From assembly GCA_965237525.1 (NCBI GenBank), contig CBDEFO010000007.1, forward strand, positions 544,001-608,000: DNA of 64,000 bases, written 5' to 3'. Positions 1 to 9,328 of this stretch are shown in pieces (position 1 is the stretch's first letter; each line of letters opens with the position of its first letter). A program made the translations under genes and the position numbers. The DNA comes from Candidatus Latescibacterota bacterium (GTDB lineage: Bacteria > Latescibacterota > CBDEFO01). Under the pieces are notes generated by a model. The model made no database searches. It saw only the letters and a list, made by a program, of their open reading frames with translations, and had not been told where the DNA came from.

Positions 1-1510
1 AACCGTCGGCCCACCTTCCGTACACCTTAGGCATGCCCCAGTCGTGATCGTCCAAGATCTGTTTGATCTCGTCCTTGAACGAGAGGTCACAGAACGAAGC
101 AAGCGGTACATAACCCAGAATGTACTCGTCCGCTTCCGACTCGGGTACTCGGCAGGCGACCTTGCGAACTATGAAGGCTAACTCCGCCCCAGCGTGGACG
201 GCCCGAGCCCGCGGTGGAACCTCCACCTCAGCCGGAGATCGGCTCAATGCAGAATTAGGACCGTTGAGGAATCGAGGGTATTTACCCACTGAGGCCCCTT
301 CCACCTTTTCGACATCTGTGTAATTCCCGTACAAGGTCCAAAGGTGGCGGGCATCCTCAATCCGCCATGCATCGGATTCGGGAAGCTCCGATGCATCTTC
401 CACGAACGAATCCCGCACGGCAGGGGCGGGATGCACCGCTCGTCCTACGTCATCGGCAGGTCTCCAGTCTCCTCCCTCATGATCTGGAATGACCACGGGA
501 TTGCGCAATACGCCGACTCTTTCAATCTCCGACTCTATGTAGTCATTCGGGCCAAAGCGCACGTCCTCGTCGCACGATAAGCCATCCACTCCCATCGTCG
601 CACAGTGGAGCACATCGCCAGGATAGAGGGTTGCGAAAGATGAGAACCAGTGGATAAGCCGCTCTACTCCCAGTAACGAGCCTGCTGTATGAGAACGGTC
701 TCGGAGCCAGCCCGACTGGCGGGTATAGACCAGCAGATCGTAGACATTACCGATTTCATCGCGAGTGACCAGATAAGGACCCATAGGGCACATAGTATCG
801 CACTTTTTGCCGCCCCACGATTCGGTGGCGCCATCCATAAAGTCAGCTTTGCCGGGCCCGGCTTGTATCTGGCAAGTATAGTTGTTGCCACACGCATCAG
901 TCACAACGGTAAAACCCGCAACGTGCTGCATCGCTTGGTCTACCGGGATATAACGTCCGCCCTGCCCTATAATCACGCCTAACTCGACATTAAATCCCCA
1001 TGGGAGGCCGTTTCTGGGCAGGACCAGAGGCTCGCCTGGCCCTATCACTGTCCCCTGAGGGCGCTGATGACCTTTTGGATAGAGGTTGAGGGAGACCCAA
1101 CTGGGTGCATGGCGGACAAAGGACGGGGAGTTACCAACCATGCCGTAGTAAAGCCGAGGGCGAGGGATCGGGGCGCGCAGCCGTACTTCGTTCAGTGGGA
1201 ACCCCGCTCCAATCATGAGAAACTGATCGGACTGCTCTAGAAATCGCTGCAGAAAGTCAAGGAGCCGGAGAGCAGCAGTCATGCCCGGTTCTCCCAAGGC
1301 CAGGAAGGTCTTCAGGTCCCTTGGCCAAGGTCTCACCTGAAGAAAATGTGGCCGATTGACACGATAACCGGTCGACCCACCTGATGTATACTGTTCCAGC
1401 CGTTGCTCAGTCTCTTCCGGATCGAAGATCCAGTCCGTTCCGCTTGCCGGATGGTTCACAATAATCCCGAACCGCTCCTTGCCCCGTTCTACAAATGTGG
1501 CGAGCTTCAT
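1..1510 (-). CDS. Fumarylacetoacetate hydrolase (FAH) family protein with two tandem FAH-like domains; 3' end runs off the window
   Basis: Not in the ORF track. Manual translation from ATG 1510 is open to position 1: MKLATFVERG...LRAPIPRP...FNVELGVIIG...GKKCDTMCPMGPYLVT...LYPGDVLH, then a second GAELAFIVRK...YILGY segment. Confidence 0.8.
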   Translation of the reverse strand, partial: MKLATFVERGKERFGIIVNHPASGTDWIFDPEETEQRLEQYTSGGSTGYRVNRPHFLQVRPWPRDLKTFLALGEPGMTAALRLLDFLQRFLEQSDQFLMIGAGFPLNEVRLRAPIPRPRLYYGMVGNSPSFVRHAPSWVSLNLYPKGHQRPQGTVIGPGEPLVLPRNGLPWGFNVELGVIIGQGGRYIPVDQAMQHVAGFTVVTDACGNNYTCQIQAGPGKADFMDGATESWGGKKCDTMCPMGPYLVTRDEIGNVYDLLVYTRQSGWLRDRSHTAGSLLGVERLIHWFSSFATLYPGDVLHCATMGVDGLSCDEDVRFGPNDYIESEIERVGVLRNPVVIPDHEGGDWRPADDVGRAVHPAPAVRDSFVEDASELPESDAWRIEDARHLWTLYGNYTDVEKVEGASVGKYPRFLNGPNSALSRSPAEVEVPPRARAVHAGAELAFIVRKVACRVPESEADEYILGYVPLASFCDLSFKDEIKQILDDHDWGMPKVYGRWADG

Positions 1511-1526
1511 GTCCCTCTTTCTCTTA

Positions 1527-1625
1527 GTGTGGGTTCCCCATTTTAGACTGCGCTTTCTTCCCCCTGCAAAGTTTCAAGCACTACCTTGGTCTTGAATTGT
1601 GGACTATACGTCTTATTTACTTTGC
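1527..1625 (-). mobile_element. IS3-family transposase OrfA remnant
   Basis: KTYSPQFKTKVVLETLQGE resembles the IS3 OrfA N-terminal HTH; stops immediately afterwards. Confidence 0.4.
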
Positions 1626-1795
1626 AATCTAAATCTAATAATTCTGTGTGCGGGCTATACTCGAGAGGAAAAATACCAAGAACAATCTTGGATGTCAACA
1701 AAAACTCAACATTTCGGTCTATTATGACATCTGGATATTTACCTGACTTATGTCTGTTCCCCTTCAAGTGAATAACGGCTAACCACAGTTGTGCA

Positions 1796-1966
1796 GCCCA
1801 GATATCGACCGTGGCAACATTAAAAAAACAGCGCCCCAACTTGATTTACGCTGGTTCCGGATATTCTTATCTGCAAGATTGGCTCCCTAACGTCGCGCAA
1901 GCCGTAGTGAGCGAAAAGATGGTCGACTTTGTCGGCTTGGGACGTATGGTCCTGGCTTACCCGGAT
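1796..1966 (+). pseudogene. NADH:flavin oxidoreductase (old yellow enzyme-like) internal fragment
   Basis: GSGYSYLQDWLPNVAQAVV...DFVGLGRMVLAYPD; homology ends at the junction with the inverted phyH copy. Confidence 0.6.
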
Positions 1967-2215
1967 GTTCGGGTCGATGATCGCGGCCACGCTATCCAGG
2001 ATCTTCGGATGCGTCGCAATCTCCCAGATGAACTGTTGATCAAAATGTCGGTCGAACAGCCCCGTCTGAGCTTTTTCACGTCCCCCTTTCGCCTCCAGTG
2101 TATCAAAACAATCCCGGTAATACTGCACCTCCTTCTTATCAGTCATCACCCAAATGCCAGACAGAAAACCATCCTGCTCGTACGCCTCAACTTGCCGCTC
2201 ACTTACCATGTTCAT
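1967..2215 (-). pseudogene. 3'-truncated second copy of the phytanoyl-CoA dioxygenase cassette gene
   Basis: 1967-2224 is a close copy of 3339-3596; ATG lies 2 nt after GTTAGGC. Confidence 0.85.
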
Positions 2216-2217
2216 TT

Positions 2218-2350
2218 GCCTAACGGTATGCCAATGAGCCGCCTGCGTTATTGGCATACCGAACTCTTGAACAATCGTAATGGCTCGATGCGGAAGTTCA
2301 ACTTCGAAAAATCTGGAACTCAGCAGGTCGGCTCGCTTGGCGTGTTCTAC
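2218..2350 (-). other. Integron attC site (133 bp)
   Basis: Minus strand GTAGAAC-ACGCC-AAGCGAGCCGACCTGC...GCAGGCGGCTCATT-GGCATACC-GTTAGGC: R'', L'', L' and R' boxes with the extra bases in the expected arm. Confidence 0.8.
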
Positions 2351-2398
2351 GGCGACGACCAACACTTCGCCGATGAAGACCAGGGCGACGCGACCACA

Positions 2399-2749
2399 TC
2401 ACGACCCTGGCCAATCGGCACCAGCACCCGGCCCGAGAACATGCCAGTGCATGTGCGGCGTCACACCAGGAGCCGCAGCATTGGCCCGCATGTAGAACCC
2501 CTCACCATCCAGGAGGCCGAGCGAAGTCGCGGTTGCTTGAATCGCTCGGACCATCGACGACAGGAGGTCACCGTCGAGGGCGGCCTCGTCGAGTAGTGAC
2601 GGGACGTGGCTCTTGGGGACCACAACGACGTGAATCTCGGCCGCGGGTCTGGGATGGTGGAAAGCGAGGACGCGGTCGTCCTCGTAGACGCGCTGCACGT
2701 CGAGCTTCCCCGAGAGGACATCTTCGCAATACCAGTCACGCTTAGCCAT
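2399..2749 (-). CDS. HIT family hydrolase, integron gene cassette
   Basis: HMHWH histidine triad, VYEDDRVLAFHHPRP; cassette bounded by complementary GTTCTACGG/CCGTAGAAC. Confidence 0.9.
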   Translation of the reverse strand: MAKRDWYCEDVLSGKLDVQRVYEDDRVLAFHHPRPAAEIHVVVVPKSHVPSLLDEAALDGDLLSSMVRAIQATATSLGLLDGEGFYMRANAAAPGVTPHMHWHVLGPGAGADWPGS

Positions 2750-2789
2750 CAAACCACCACATCCTTTCGGAAAAGAATAAGACCCGTCC

Positions 2790-2808
2790 GTAGAACGTCT
2801 GGTTAGGC
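2790..2808 (-). other. Collapsed attC (R''-5 nt-R' only)
   Basis: Minus strand GCCTAAC CAGAC GTTCTAC, 11 nt after the phyH stop codon. Confidence 0.6.
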
Positions 2809-2819
2809 ATGGACCATGG

Positions 2820-3587
2820 TTACCTTATAGGAAACGGATGTCCTTGTACCTTGAAGTTCTTTTCACGGTCTGTGCCCCTTACCAGAATGGGTCTCCACTT
2901 CAAATCGATGCCAAGCGGACCCGCCGCGATCGGCTTGACGTGCGTGGGAATATAACGGACTGTCAGTCCGCAGCGGCGCCGGGGCGATCGATTCGGCAAA
3001 CTACCATGGATAAGCATCCCATCGTGCAGCGAAATCTCACCCGCTCGCAGGATACAATCCACTGCGTCCTTCTCCTCTTGCTCGGTTAGCTCGACCTCTT
3101 GATTGATGCTTAGCAAGTTGCCTTGCTGCTTTGATTTACCGTGATTCATCAGTCGGTCCCGGTGCAGCCGTGGGATAACGCGCATGCACCCGTTGCCACG
3201 ATCGCTGTCGTCCACTGCATACCAGGCCGAGACTTCGATTGGCGGTTCCAGTCCCCAGTACCGCAGATCTTGATGCCACGCCACGAACTTCTCCTCCGGC
3301 CCATATTTGCAGAAGAAATGGGTGGAAAGTAGCAGCACGTTCGGGCCGATAATCGCGGCCACGCTATCCAGGATCTTCGGATGCGTCGCAATCTCCCAGA
3401 TGAACTGTTGATCAACATGTCGGTTGAACAGCCCTGTCTGAGCTTTTTCACGTCCCTCTTTCGCCTCCAGTGCATCAAAAGAATCCCGGTTATACTGCAC
3501 CCCTTTCTTATCAGTCATCACCCGAATTCCAGACAGAAAACCATCCTGCTCGTACGCCTCAACTTGCCGCTCACTTAACATGTCCAT
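2820..3587 (-). CDS. Phytanoyl-CoA dioxygenase (PhyH) family Fe(II)/2-oxoglutarate dioxygenase, first cassette
   Basis: WHQD (HxD), NGCMRVIP, IHGSLPNRS..RR motifs; ATG 2 nt after GTTAGGA. Confidence 0.9.
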   Translation of the reverse strand: MDMLSERQVEAYEQDGFLSGIRVMTDKKGVQYNRDSFDALEAKEGREKAQTGLFNRHVDQQFIWEIATHPKILDSVAAIIGPNVLLLSTHFFCKYGPEEKFVAWHQDLRYWGLEPPIEVSAWYAVDDSDRGNGCMRVIPRLHRDRLMNHGKSKQQGNLLSINQEVELTEQEEKDAVDCILRAGEISLHDGMLIHGSLPNRSPRRRCGLTVRYIPTHVKPIAAGPLGIDLKWRPILVRGTDREKNFKVQGHPFPIR

Positions 3588-3589
3588 TT

Positions 3590-3660
3590 TCCTAACTAGG
3601 GCTTATACAGTTTTCTATGCTAAAAACCTGTATACAGCTATTTGAGCTATATAAGACCCC
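3590..3660 (-). other. Probable attI region
   Basis: GTTAGGA crossover box at 3596-3590 with no attC upstream, lying between the intI 3' end and the first cassette; TATACAG/CTGTATA inverted repeats. Confidence 0.5.
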
Positions 3661-3738
3661 ATTGAAATATTAAGAAAAAACCTGCAATATTAAAAAGCTC
3701 ATTCTGTTAAGTCATAATTATCATAAGTTTTGTAGGAA

Positions 3739-4056
3739 TCATATACAGACTCCATAAAACCCTAATTCAATATCAATCCGCAAAAAATTGTCAGCAGGGC
3801 TTATCACTCCCTTTCCACAACCGTTTAGAACGTGAGTATAAATCATTGTCGTATTGACTTCCTTAAATGGCCGAGTATTTCCTGAACTGTGCGATTATCA
3901 TAACCATCTGCCAGCAAATGAGTCGCAAAAGAATGTCGAAAGGTGTGCGACGAGGCATGTTTTGTGATATCAGTTTTACGGACGGCCTCTTTCACAACTC
4001 TCTGTACGATCGTTTCATGAACGTGATACTGTCCCTCTTCGCCAGTCGTTTTATTA
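3739..4056 (-). pseudogene. intI: Integron integrase C-terminal remnant, 5'-truncated and frameshifted
   Basis: [21 protein letters not shown] (IntI-specific region), [17 protein letters not shown]; a frameshift then restores [14 protein letters not shown]...GVISPAD. Confidence 0.85.
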
Positions 4057-4359
4057 TCGGGTAATGGGGCATCTCCGATGGTGGGGTCACCGACATCGAG
4101 GACTAAGAGGACTAAGATGGTATCCGGCAGCTTTCCCCTGGATGACCTCTGCAAGAATGGACCCGAATTCGAACAATTGGCGCGTATAAAGAACGCGTTG
4201 AAAGCCTGAGTTTACGCGCTTCAATTAGCCGAACCCAGTCACCCATGCAAGCGTACAACATAACAAACATCGATCATCCGTAGATTTCACTGATACCGCA
4301 GATTTCATATTAGTGTTTTATGAGTAATCTGCGGATGTTAATGCGCCACACGGACAACG

Positions 4360-5109
4360 TCAGCGCGTGAAAAGTGTGCCTCGCACGTAGTCCGCAGCAT
4401 CCGACACCAGGAAGGCAATAACGCGTCCGACACCATCTGGTGACCCGAGCTCCTTCTTCGCTGCTTCGACAGCTTGATCAGGGGATCGACCTTGGCGCTC
4501 AGCCGCCTCCGCGATGATTTCTAGCTTCATGACCGTTTCAATCGAACCTGGACACAGCACGTTTACGCGAATATTTCGTGGTTCAAGATACTTGGCTAGC
4601 GTTATGCCAAGACCGTTGACACCGCCTTTGCTCGTAGCATACGCAATTGATGAACTCGGACCTGTGACGCCGGCGCCGGATGCGATCAGCACCACTACAC
4701 CACGCTGACTTGCTTCTAAAAGAGGAGACGCATACTTGGCACACAGAAAGCTGCCTTTAACGTTCACATCGATCACATCCTCGAAAACGTCAATAGGCAC
4801 TTCTTCTGGCTGCAGATACGCGCCGCGACACACGCCGGCGGCACACACTAACGCATCCAGCCGACCATGTTTTACTCGCACGTGGTCCATCAGATTCCCA
4901 ACTTCGTCCGCATGTCGCACATCGGTGCGTAAGAATCGGGCATCGCCACCCGCCTCTCGGATCGCTGCGGCAGCTGCTTCACCAACATCTTTCTCGATAT
5001 CGGCCATCATAACGTGGGCGCCTTGCATCGCACATAGTCTGGCCGCCGCCCCCCCAATGCCCCGGCCCCCGCCAGTCACAACAATCACTTTTTCGGCTAA
5101 ATCAATCAT
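4360..5109 (-). CDS. SDR family oxidoreductase
   Basis: TGGGRGIG, YATSK (YxxxK), VNVLCPG; AAGGAGG before ATG 5109. Confidence 0.9.
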   Translation of the reverse strand: MIDLAEKVIVVTGGGRGIGGAAARLCAMQGAHVMMADIEKDVGEAAAAAIREAGGDARFLRTDVRHADEVGNLMDHVRVKHGRLDALVCAAGVCRGAYLQPEEVPIDVFEDVIDVNVKGSFLCAKYASPLLEASQRGVVVLIASGAGVTGPSSSIAYATSKGGVNGLGITLAKYLEPRNIRVNVLCPGSIETVMKLEIIAEAAERQGRSPDQAVEAAKKELGSPDGVGRVIAFLVSDAADYVRGTLFTR

Positions 5110-5208
5110 TACACATAACCTCCTTCCGCAAGGGCCCAACGGAAATCCTGGGATCGACAAGCCGCGTTGCGTGTTGATCCCCTGAAATCCCAAAGAGCCT
5201 ACACAATA

Positions 5209-6072
5209 TTAGCCAGATCGAATCTCTATATCCAACTCAGCTAGCTTCCTCTTTACGAATGTAGATGCTTGTGGGACTAGACTCGCGGGCAAATGTTCGA
5301 TCAATCCGAAGCCATCAGGCAACAGGGCCTCAAATCGTCGAAAAAATGTGCCAAAGTCCAACAATCCATCGCCTGGCACCGTTCCGCTGATATGAACAGT
5401 CAATCGATCCTCAACATAGACATCATTGATATGCGCAGCAATAATATAAGGGCCAAGTGTATCAAACAAATGGTTCAACAGAGACGTTGTATCATAGAGC
5501 TTCTGAACATCACTCACAAAATTAACCGGATCTAGACTCAACTTAACCCACGGAGACTCGGTGCGTTCGATGATTCTCTTGATCCGCTCCGGACTATCTA
5601 GAGGACTGATGACGTGGGTTTCGAAAGCAAACGGAATGCCATGAACCTCGCAAGCAGAAACAGCTTCTCGCAGAATGTCAACAATGGCATCCTCTACTTC
5701 AGGTGAATGATTTGCAGGATGTGGTGTCCAGGCACCAGCCGGATTCATGCTTCCGGGTCGAATGCCGGCCATGTCTGCACCAAGATCGGCCGCGAATGTG
5801 ACTGTATTCTGCAACTGCCGAACGGCCTCATCACGATTTGAGTCACCAGGGGAAACAATGACCTGTGGCACTGTCCAGGCTTGCACGACCCGTATACCGT
5901 GATTAGCAAATACAGATCGTGCATTTTGAAATGCGGCCGGAGAAAAGGGCTCTCGATCAGTCGTCAGATGGATACCAATACCGCTAAAGCCTAAACTGGT
6001 AATTCTCGCGGCCGCACGATCATCAATGGCGTCTAAATCATTGGGAAAGAAGCCGACTATGCCAAGTCGCAT
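5209..6072 (-). CDS. Sugar phosphate isomerase/epimerase (xylose isomerase-like TIM barrel)
   Basis: FETH, LDPVN, AHINDV, PGDG.LDF, IEHL motifs; GGAGG RBS. Confidence 0.85.
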   Translation of the reverse strand: MRLGIVGFFPNDLDAIDDRAAARITSLGFSGIGIHLTTDREPFSPAAFQNARSVFANHGIRVVQAWTVPQVIVSPGDSNRDEAVRQLQNTVTFAADLGADMAGIRPGSMNPAGAWTPHPANHSPEVEDAIVDILREAVSACEVHGIPFAFETHVISPLDSPERIKRIIERTESPWVKLSLDPVNFVSDVQKLYDTTSLLNHLFDTLGPYIIAAHINDVYVEDRLTVHISGTVPGDGLLDFGTFFRRFEALLPDGFGLIEHLPASLVPQASTFVKRKLAELDIEIRSG

Positions 6073-6400
6073 CGCTACACCTCCGCGTGGTGGTGGACTG
6101 AAGACGTGAAACGAGACGCGTGACTTTGTACGTCAGTCACCAAATTACGAATCACGCAAGACAGCCGCTCGCACGGCCGGCGCTCCATATTTCCGAAAGC
6201 GACTTTGTACTTCGAATCTCGGTTTCATGTAAATATCTTTCGTCACATTAGAAATGGGAATCCCGTACGGGATAACGAGGAAATCTCGTCATTCAGCACA
6301 CAGGGCTCCATTATACAAGATCAATTATACAAGATCAATGCATATTGTCAAGCCAATTATGGTCGAAGAGTTGACCCAAGACACGGTTGAGAGGAAGATT

Positions 6401-6592
6401 ATGATTATTAAGCCATTTGTACAAGAAACTGATCTTGTGATTCAAACTCAGTCATCACAGGTCGACAACACACCATTTCTGAGCATCATCATTCCCACAT
6501 ACAACGAAGCCAGCCGGCAGCCGGCCACGTTTGAAATGGTCCCTTCCTTTCTCGATCAAGAACCACTTGATCTCATTCTAAGCTTCGCGTGA
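6401..6592 (+). pseudogene. Family 2 glycosyltransferase N-terminal fragment, cut by a MITE
   Basis: FLSIIIPTYNEA; ORF ends inside the MITE that starts at 6579. Confidence 0.6.
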
Positions 6593-6703
6593 AAATAGTC
6601 TGGACAAGATTATAGGATCCAAGATAGTAGACAGCTTAGAGGAAGAAGCAATTTCACCTATCTACTGACTTCATAAAGCCAACAAGTTTTATCAAACTAC
6701 TTA
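6579..6703 (-). mobile_element. MITE family B, short copy (TA-bounded, IS630-like ends)
   Basis: Shares both ends with 39255-39486: TAAGTAGYTTRAYAAAACTT...AATCTTGTCCAGACTATTTT..CTTA. Confidence 0.65.
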
Positions 6704-6804
6704 ATGTTGCATATTTCCACCAAATCCTTTGTTATAGCCTCCACAAGCCTTTTCTTCTGTTCATCTGTGCGTCCCCCTAACATCTTGACATTTATGTAAG
6801 GCAT
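6697..6804 (-). pseudogene. 4-oxalocrotonate tautomerase family protein truncated at 35 aa
   Basis: MPYINVKMLGGRTDEQKKRLVEAITKDLVEICNIK*: catalytic Pro1 and GR..EQK motif; stop supplied by the MITE end. Confidence 0.8.
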
Positions 6805-6864
6805 TTGAAACACCCTTTTCAGTGAGTAGATTGATGACTTTAGCTCCTCTTTAAAGTGGAGCAA

Positions 6865-7701
6865 TTATCCATCCTGTTGGGCGTGTAGTTCCATAATCTT
6901 TTTGGGCAGCTCTTTGATCTTGGGGAGGGCATCCACAGAGCGCGGCGGGGGAGCCACTTCAAAGTGGATGAATCCCTTATAGTCGATGTCGTAAAGCGCC
7001 TGGAAGATCTCCAGCCACGGCATATTGCCGTCGAACGGGGCGCGGTGATCTATCCCATCGTAGAAGTCGTGAAGGTGGACATGGCGCAGCCTGGAACCGA
7101 CCTTATGGAACTTTTCGGTTGGGACTCCAGAAAGTGTCATAGGGTTTTGACCTTCTGAATTGCGCACGTGCCCGATGTCGATGATCATCCCAAGCTGAGG
7201 ATGACCGATGGAGTCGATAAACTCTATGTTGTCCTCAATGGTCTGTCCCGGCCCGAAGTTCTCGACCAGCAGGTGCACGTCCTCTCCTTCAAAGTGCCGG
7301 AGGAGTTCTTCCAAGCTTTTCCAGGTGGCAGGTGTCTTGACGCGCCCGTGGCATCCCCAGATATTTCCGCCCATCCACAGCAGTGTGCCAATCTGCCTTT
7401 TGCAATTATCCACCCTTTTGCGCCTTTCGGCTTCGCTGTCCACCTCAAAGTTGGTTTGGCCGGAATGATACGTCCCGACGGCGAGTCCAAGATCATTGCA
7501 TATATCCTTGATTATCTTCATTGACTTGGGATCGTCCAATGCAAAGTGATCGGGATCCTCGGGGAAGCCGATCTCAATAGTCCCGATGTCGTTCTTTTTG
7601 ATCTCGCCCAACGTCTCTCGATCCAAAGGCCTTTTGCGGCGAAAAATAAATGTCGACACCGCCAGGCGATTCCTGATCTCTTTCTCAGTATAGAAGGCCA
7701 T
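6865..7701 (-). CDS. Sugar phosphate isomerase/epimerase (TIM barrel)
   Basis: LVEN, DIGH, HVHLHD, DHRAPFDG, FEV. Confidence 0.85.
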   Translation of the reverse strand: MAFYTEKEIRNRLAVSTFIFRRKRPLDRETLGEIKKNDIGTIEIGFPEDPDHFALDDPKSMKIIKDICNDLGLAVGTYHSGQTNFEVDSEAERRKRVDNCKRQIGTLLWMGGNIWGCHGRVKTPATWKSLEELLRHFEGEDVHLLVENFGPGQTIEDNIEFIDSIGHPQLGMIIDIGHVRNSEGQNPMTLSGVPTEKFHKVGSRLRHVHLHDFYDGIDHRAPFDGNMPWLEIFQALYDIDYKGFIHFEVAPPPRSVDALPKIKELPKKIMELHAQQDG

Positions 7702-7740
7702 GTTTTTTAAGTTTCCTCCTTAATATTACGGTCTGGTTTG

Positions 7741-7842
7741 AAGTGGAGCAATTATCCATCCTGATGCGCGTGCATTTCCATGATTTTTTTGGGCACCTCT
7801 TTGATCTTAGGGAGGGCATCCACAGAGCGCGGTGGGGGAGCC
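7741..7842 (-). repeat. Remnant 3' end of a paralog of the 6865-7701 gene
   Basis: Close copy of ~6854-6955, including the stop codon and downstream bases. Confidence 0.8.
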
Positions 7843-7965
7843 GGTTCGAGTGTACTTCTCTAGGAAAATCGGTGCCGCCTCATCTATGGTCTCTATCGAT
7901 TGCCGCTCCAGTACGGCCCAGACCGGTGCCTGTGTGCGCTCACAGCTTTCGATGATCTTGAACAT
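7843..7965 (-). pseudogene. N-terminal fragment of a hypothetical protein
   Basis: MFKIIESCERTQAPVWAVLERQSIETIDEAAPIFLEKYTR joined directly to the 7741-7842 remnant. Confidence 0.45.
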
Positions 7966-8210
7966 GTTCTACAACTCCCAGTGTGGGGTCTCCTCATGCT
8001 AATGATTCTTTTGGACAGCTCGTAAGACCAGACTAATTGAAACTTTTTCAAACTATAAGGAGGTCTTTTCGGTGTGATATCCAATCTACACTACTTTATC
8101 CAGTTGTTCTGCTACGGCTTGCAAGTCCGGACGCAAATGTCACCACCTTGAACTTAGCCTCCATTGACTCCTCAACTTGCTCGGCGTCCCGGGGTAAACG
8201 GAAGCCGCTG

Positions 8211-8882
8211 TCACGAAGACAAGGAGTTGTACGCCTCCACGAGCCCTTTCAGAAATTCAGGATCCATGACGATCCCCTTGATTCCATTTACCACAAACTG
8301 AACTCCCACGCATAACAAAAGAAATCCCATGATTTTAGTCATGGCATTCATGCCGTTTGCGCCCATAAAGGCTAGGATCTTGCTGGCGCTACGGAGCACC
8401 ACGAAACAGAACAGGCAAACGACAAATATGCCGCAGATTATAGCAACGTAATCCAACCAATGCTGGACCAGTGACGTGAGCCCGATGGTGACAGCTATCG
8501 CACCCGGACCGCTCAGGCTGGGCATGGCCAGAGGGGTAAAAGATATATCTTTCTTCTGTCTGGACTCTTCTTCTTCTTCCGGTGTCTGTTCGTCCTCTCA
8601 CGAAGGGTTGAGCATCTGGATGCTAATACGGACAATCATGATTCCACCGGCGATACGGAGTCCCGGAGTCGAAATCCCAAAAAAGTTTAGGATCATTGTC
8701 CCGGCAACCAGGAATACGACTAGAATGGCAAACATGTAAATAATGCCCATCCGGATCTGCTGCGCTCGCTTTTCTTCCGAGTCTCCATCCGTAATGGCCA
8801 GGAACACCGGTGCCGTGCTGAAAGGATTTGCAATAGGAAGCAGCGCGGTAAAGGTGGTCAGAGCCAGCGCTATATTTAACAT
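8211..8882 (-). pseudogene. marC: MarC family membrane protein with one in-frame TGA (8598-8600)
   Basis: ANPFSTAPVFL, FGIS...RIAGGI, FTPLAMPSLSGPGAI, KIMGFLL; both ORF halves are in the same frame. Confidence 0.85.
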
Positions 8883-8972
8883 CGTGGACCTCCTGTTTGT
8901 ATACCATCGACAGAGTACGTCTCAACGTCAGCTCATCCAGCCAATCGGATCATAATGTCTAACTGTCAATTC

Positions 8973-9246
8973 TAACCCAAATAATTCACAAAAAAAGCCG
9001 TGTATTAATTAAGGGATTGTATTATATTATAGTTATGCCGTTTAACCACCTTCGGTGTCATTGCGAGCCGAAGGCGAAACAATCCCCCCGATAGATTTAA
9101 TCGGGGGTTACTGTGGTAGATGTAATAGTCTCCGGCTCTCCTAGGAGACAACTATAAAACCTTGAGATTGCTTCCCCGATAGACTCAATCGGGGACCGCT
9201 TTGCTCCTCGCAATGACTCCAGCAAGTTTATGAATTAATCGGGTTA
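8973..9246 (-). mobile_element. MITE family A, copy carrying two 19-bp palindromic inserts
   Basis: Inverted copy of 43329-43561; TIRs TAACCC..ATAATTCA/TGAATTAATCGGGTTA; internal GTCATTGCGAG...CTCGCAATGAC palindrome. Confidence 0.8.
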
Positions 9247-9328
9247 GATAAACCTTATCACTACTTCCTTTGATCGGAATCCCATATAAGTTTCTATCGT
9301 AGATCCATGCTTTCATTTTTCCAATTTA

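Noticed and set aside
1811..2596. 261-aa plus-strand ORF and the overlapping 181-aa minus-strand ORF
   Set aside because: Chimeras of the oxidoreductase fragment, the phyH copy, attC and antisense HIT sequence
4275..4340. CATCCG.AGATT...AATCTGCGGATG inverted repeat near the integrase relic as a further attC
   Set aside because: No convincing R/L box arrangement; more likely a generic intergenic hairpin
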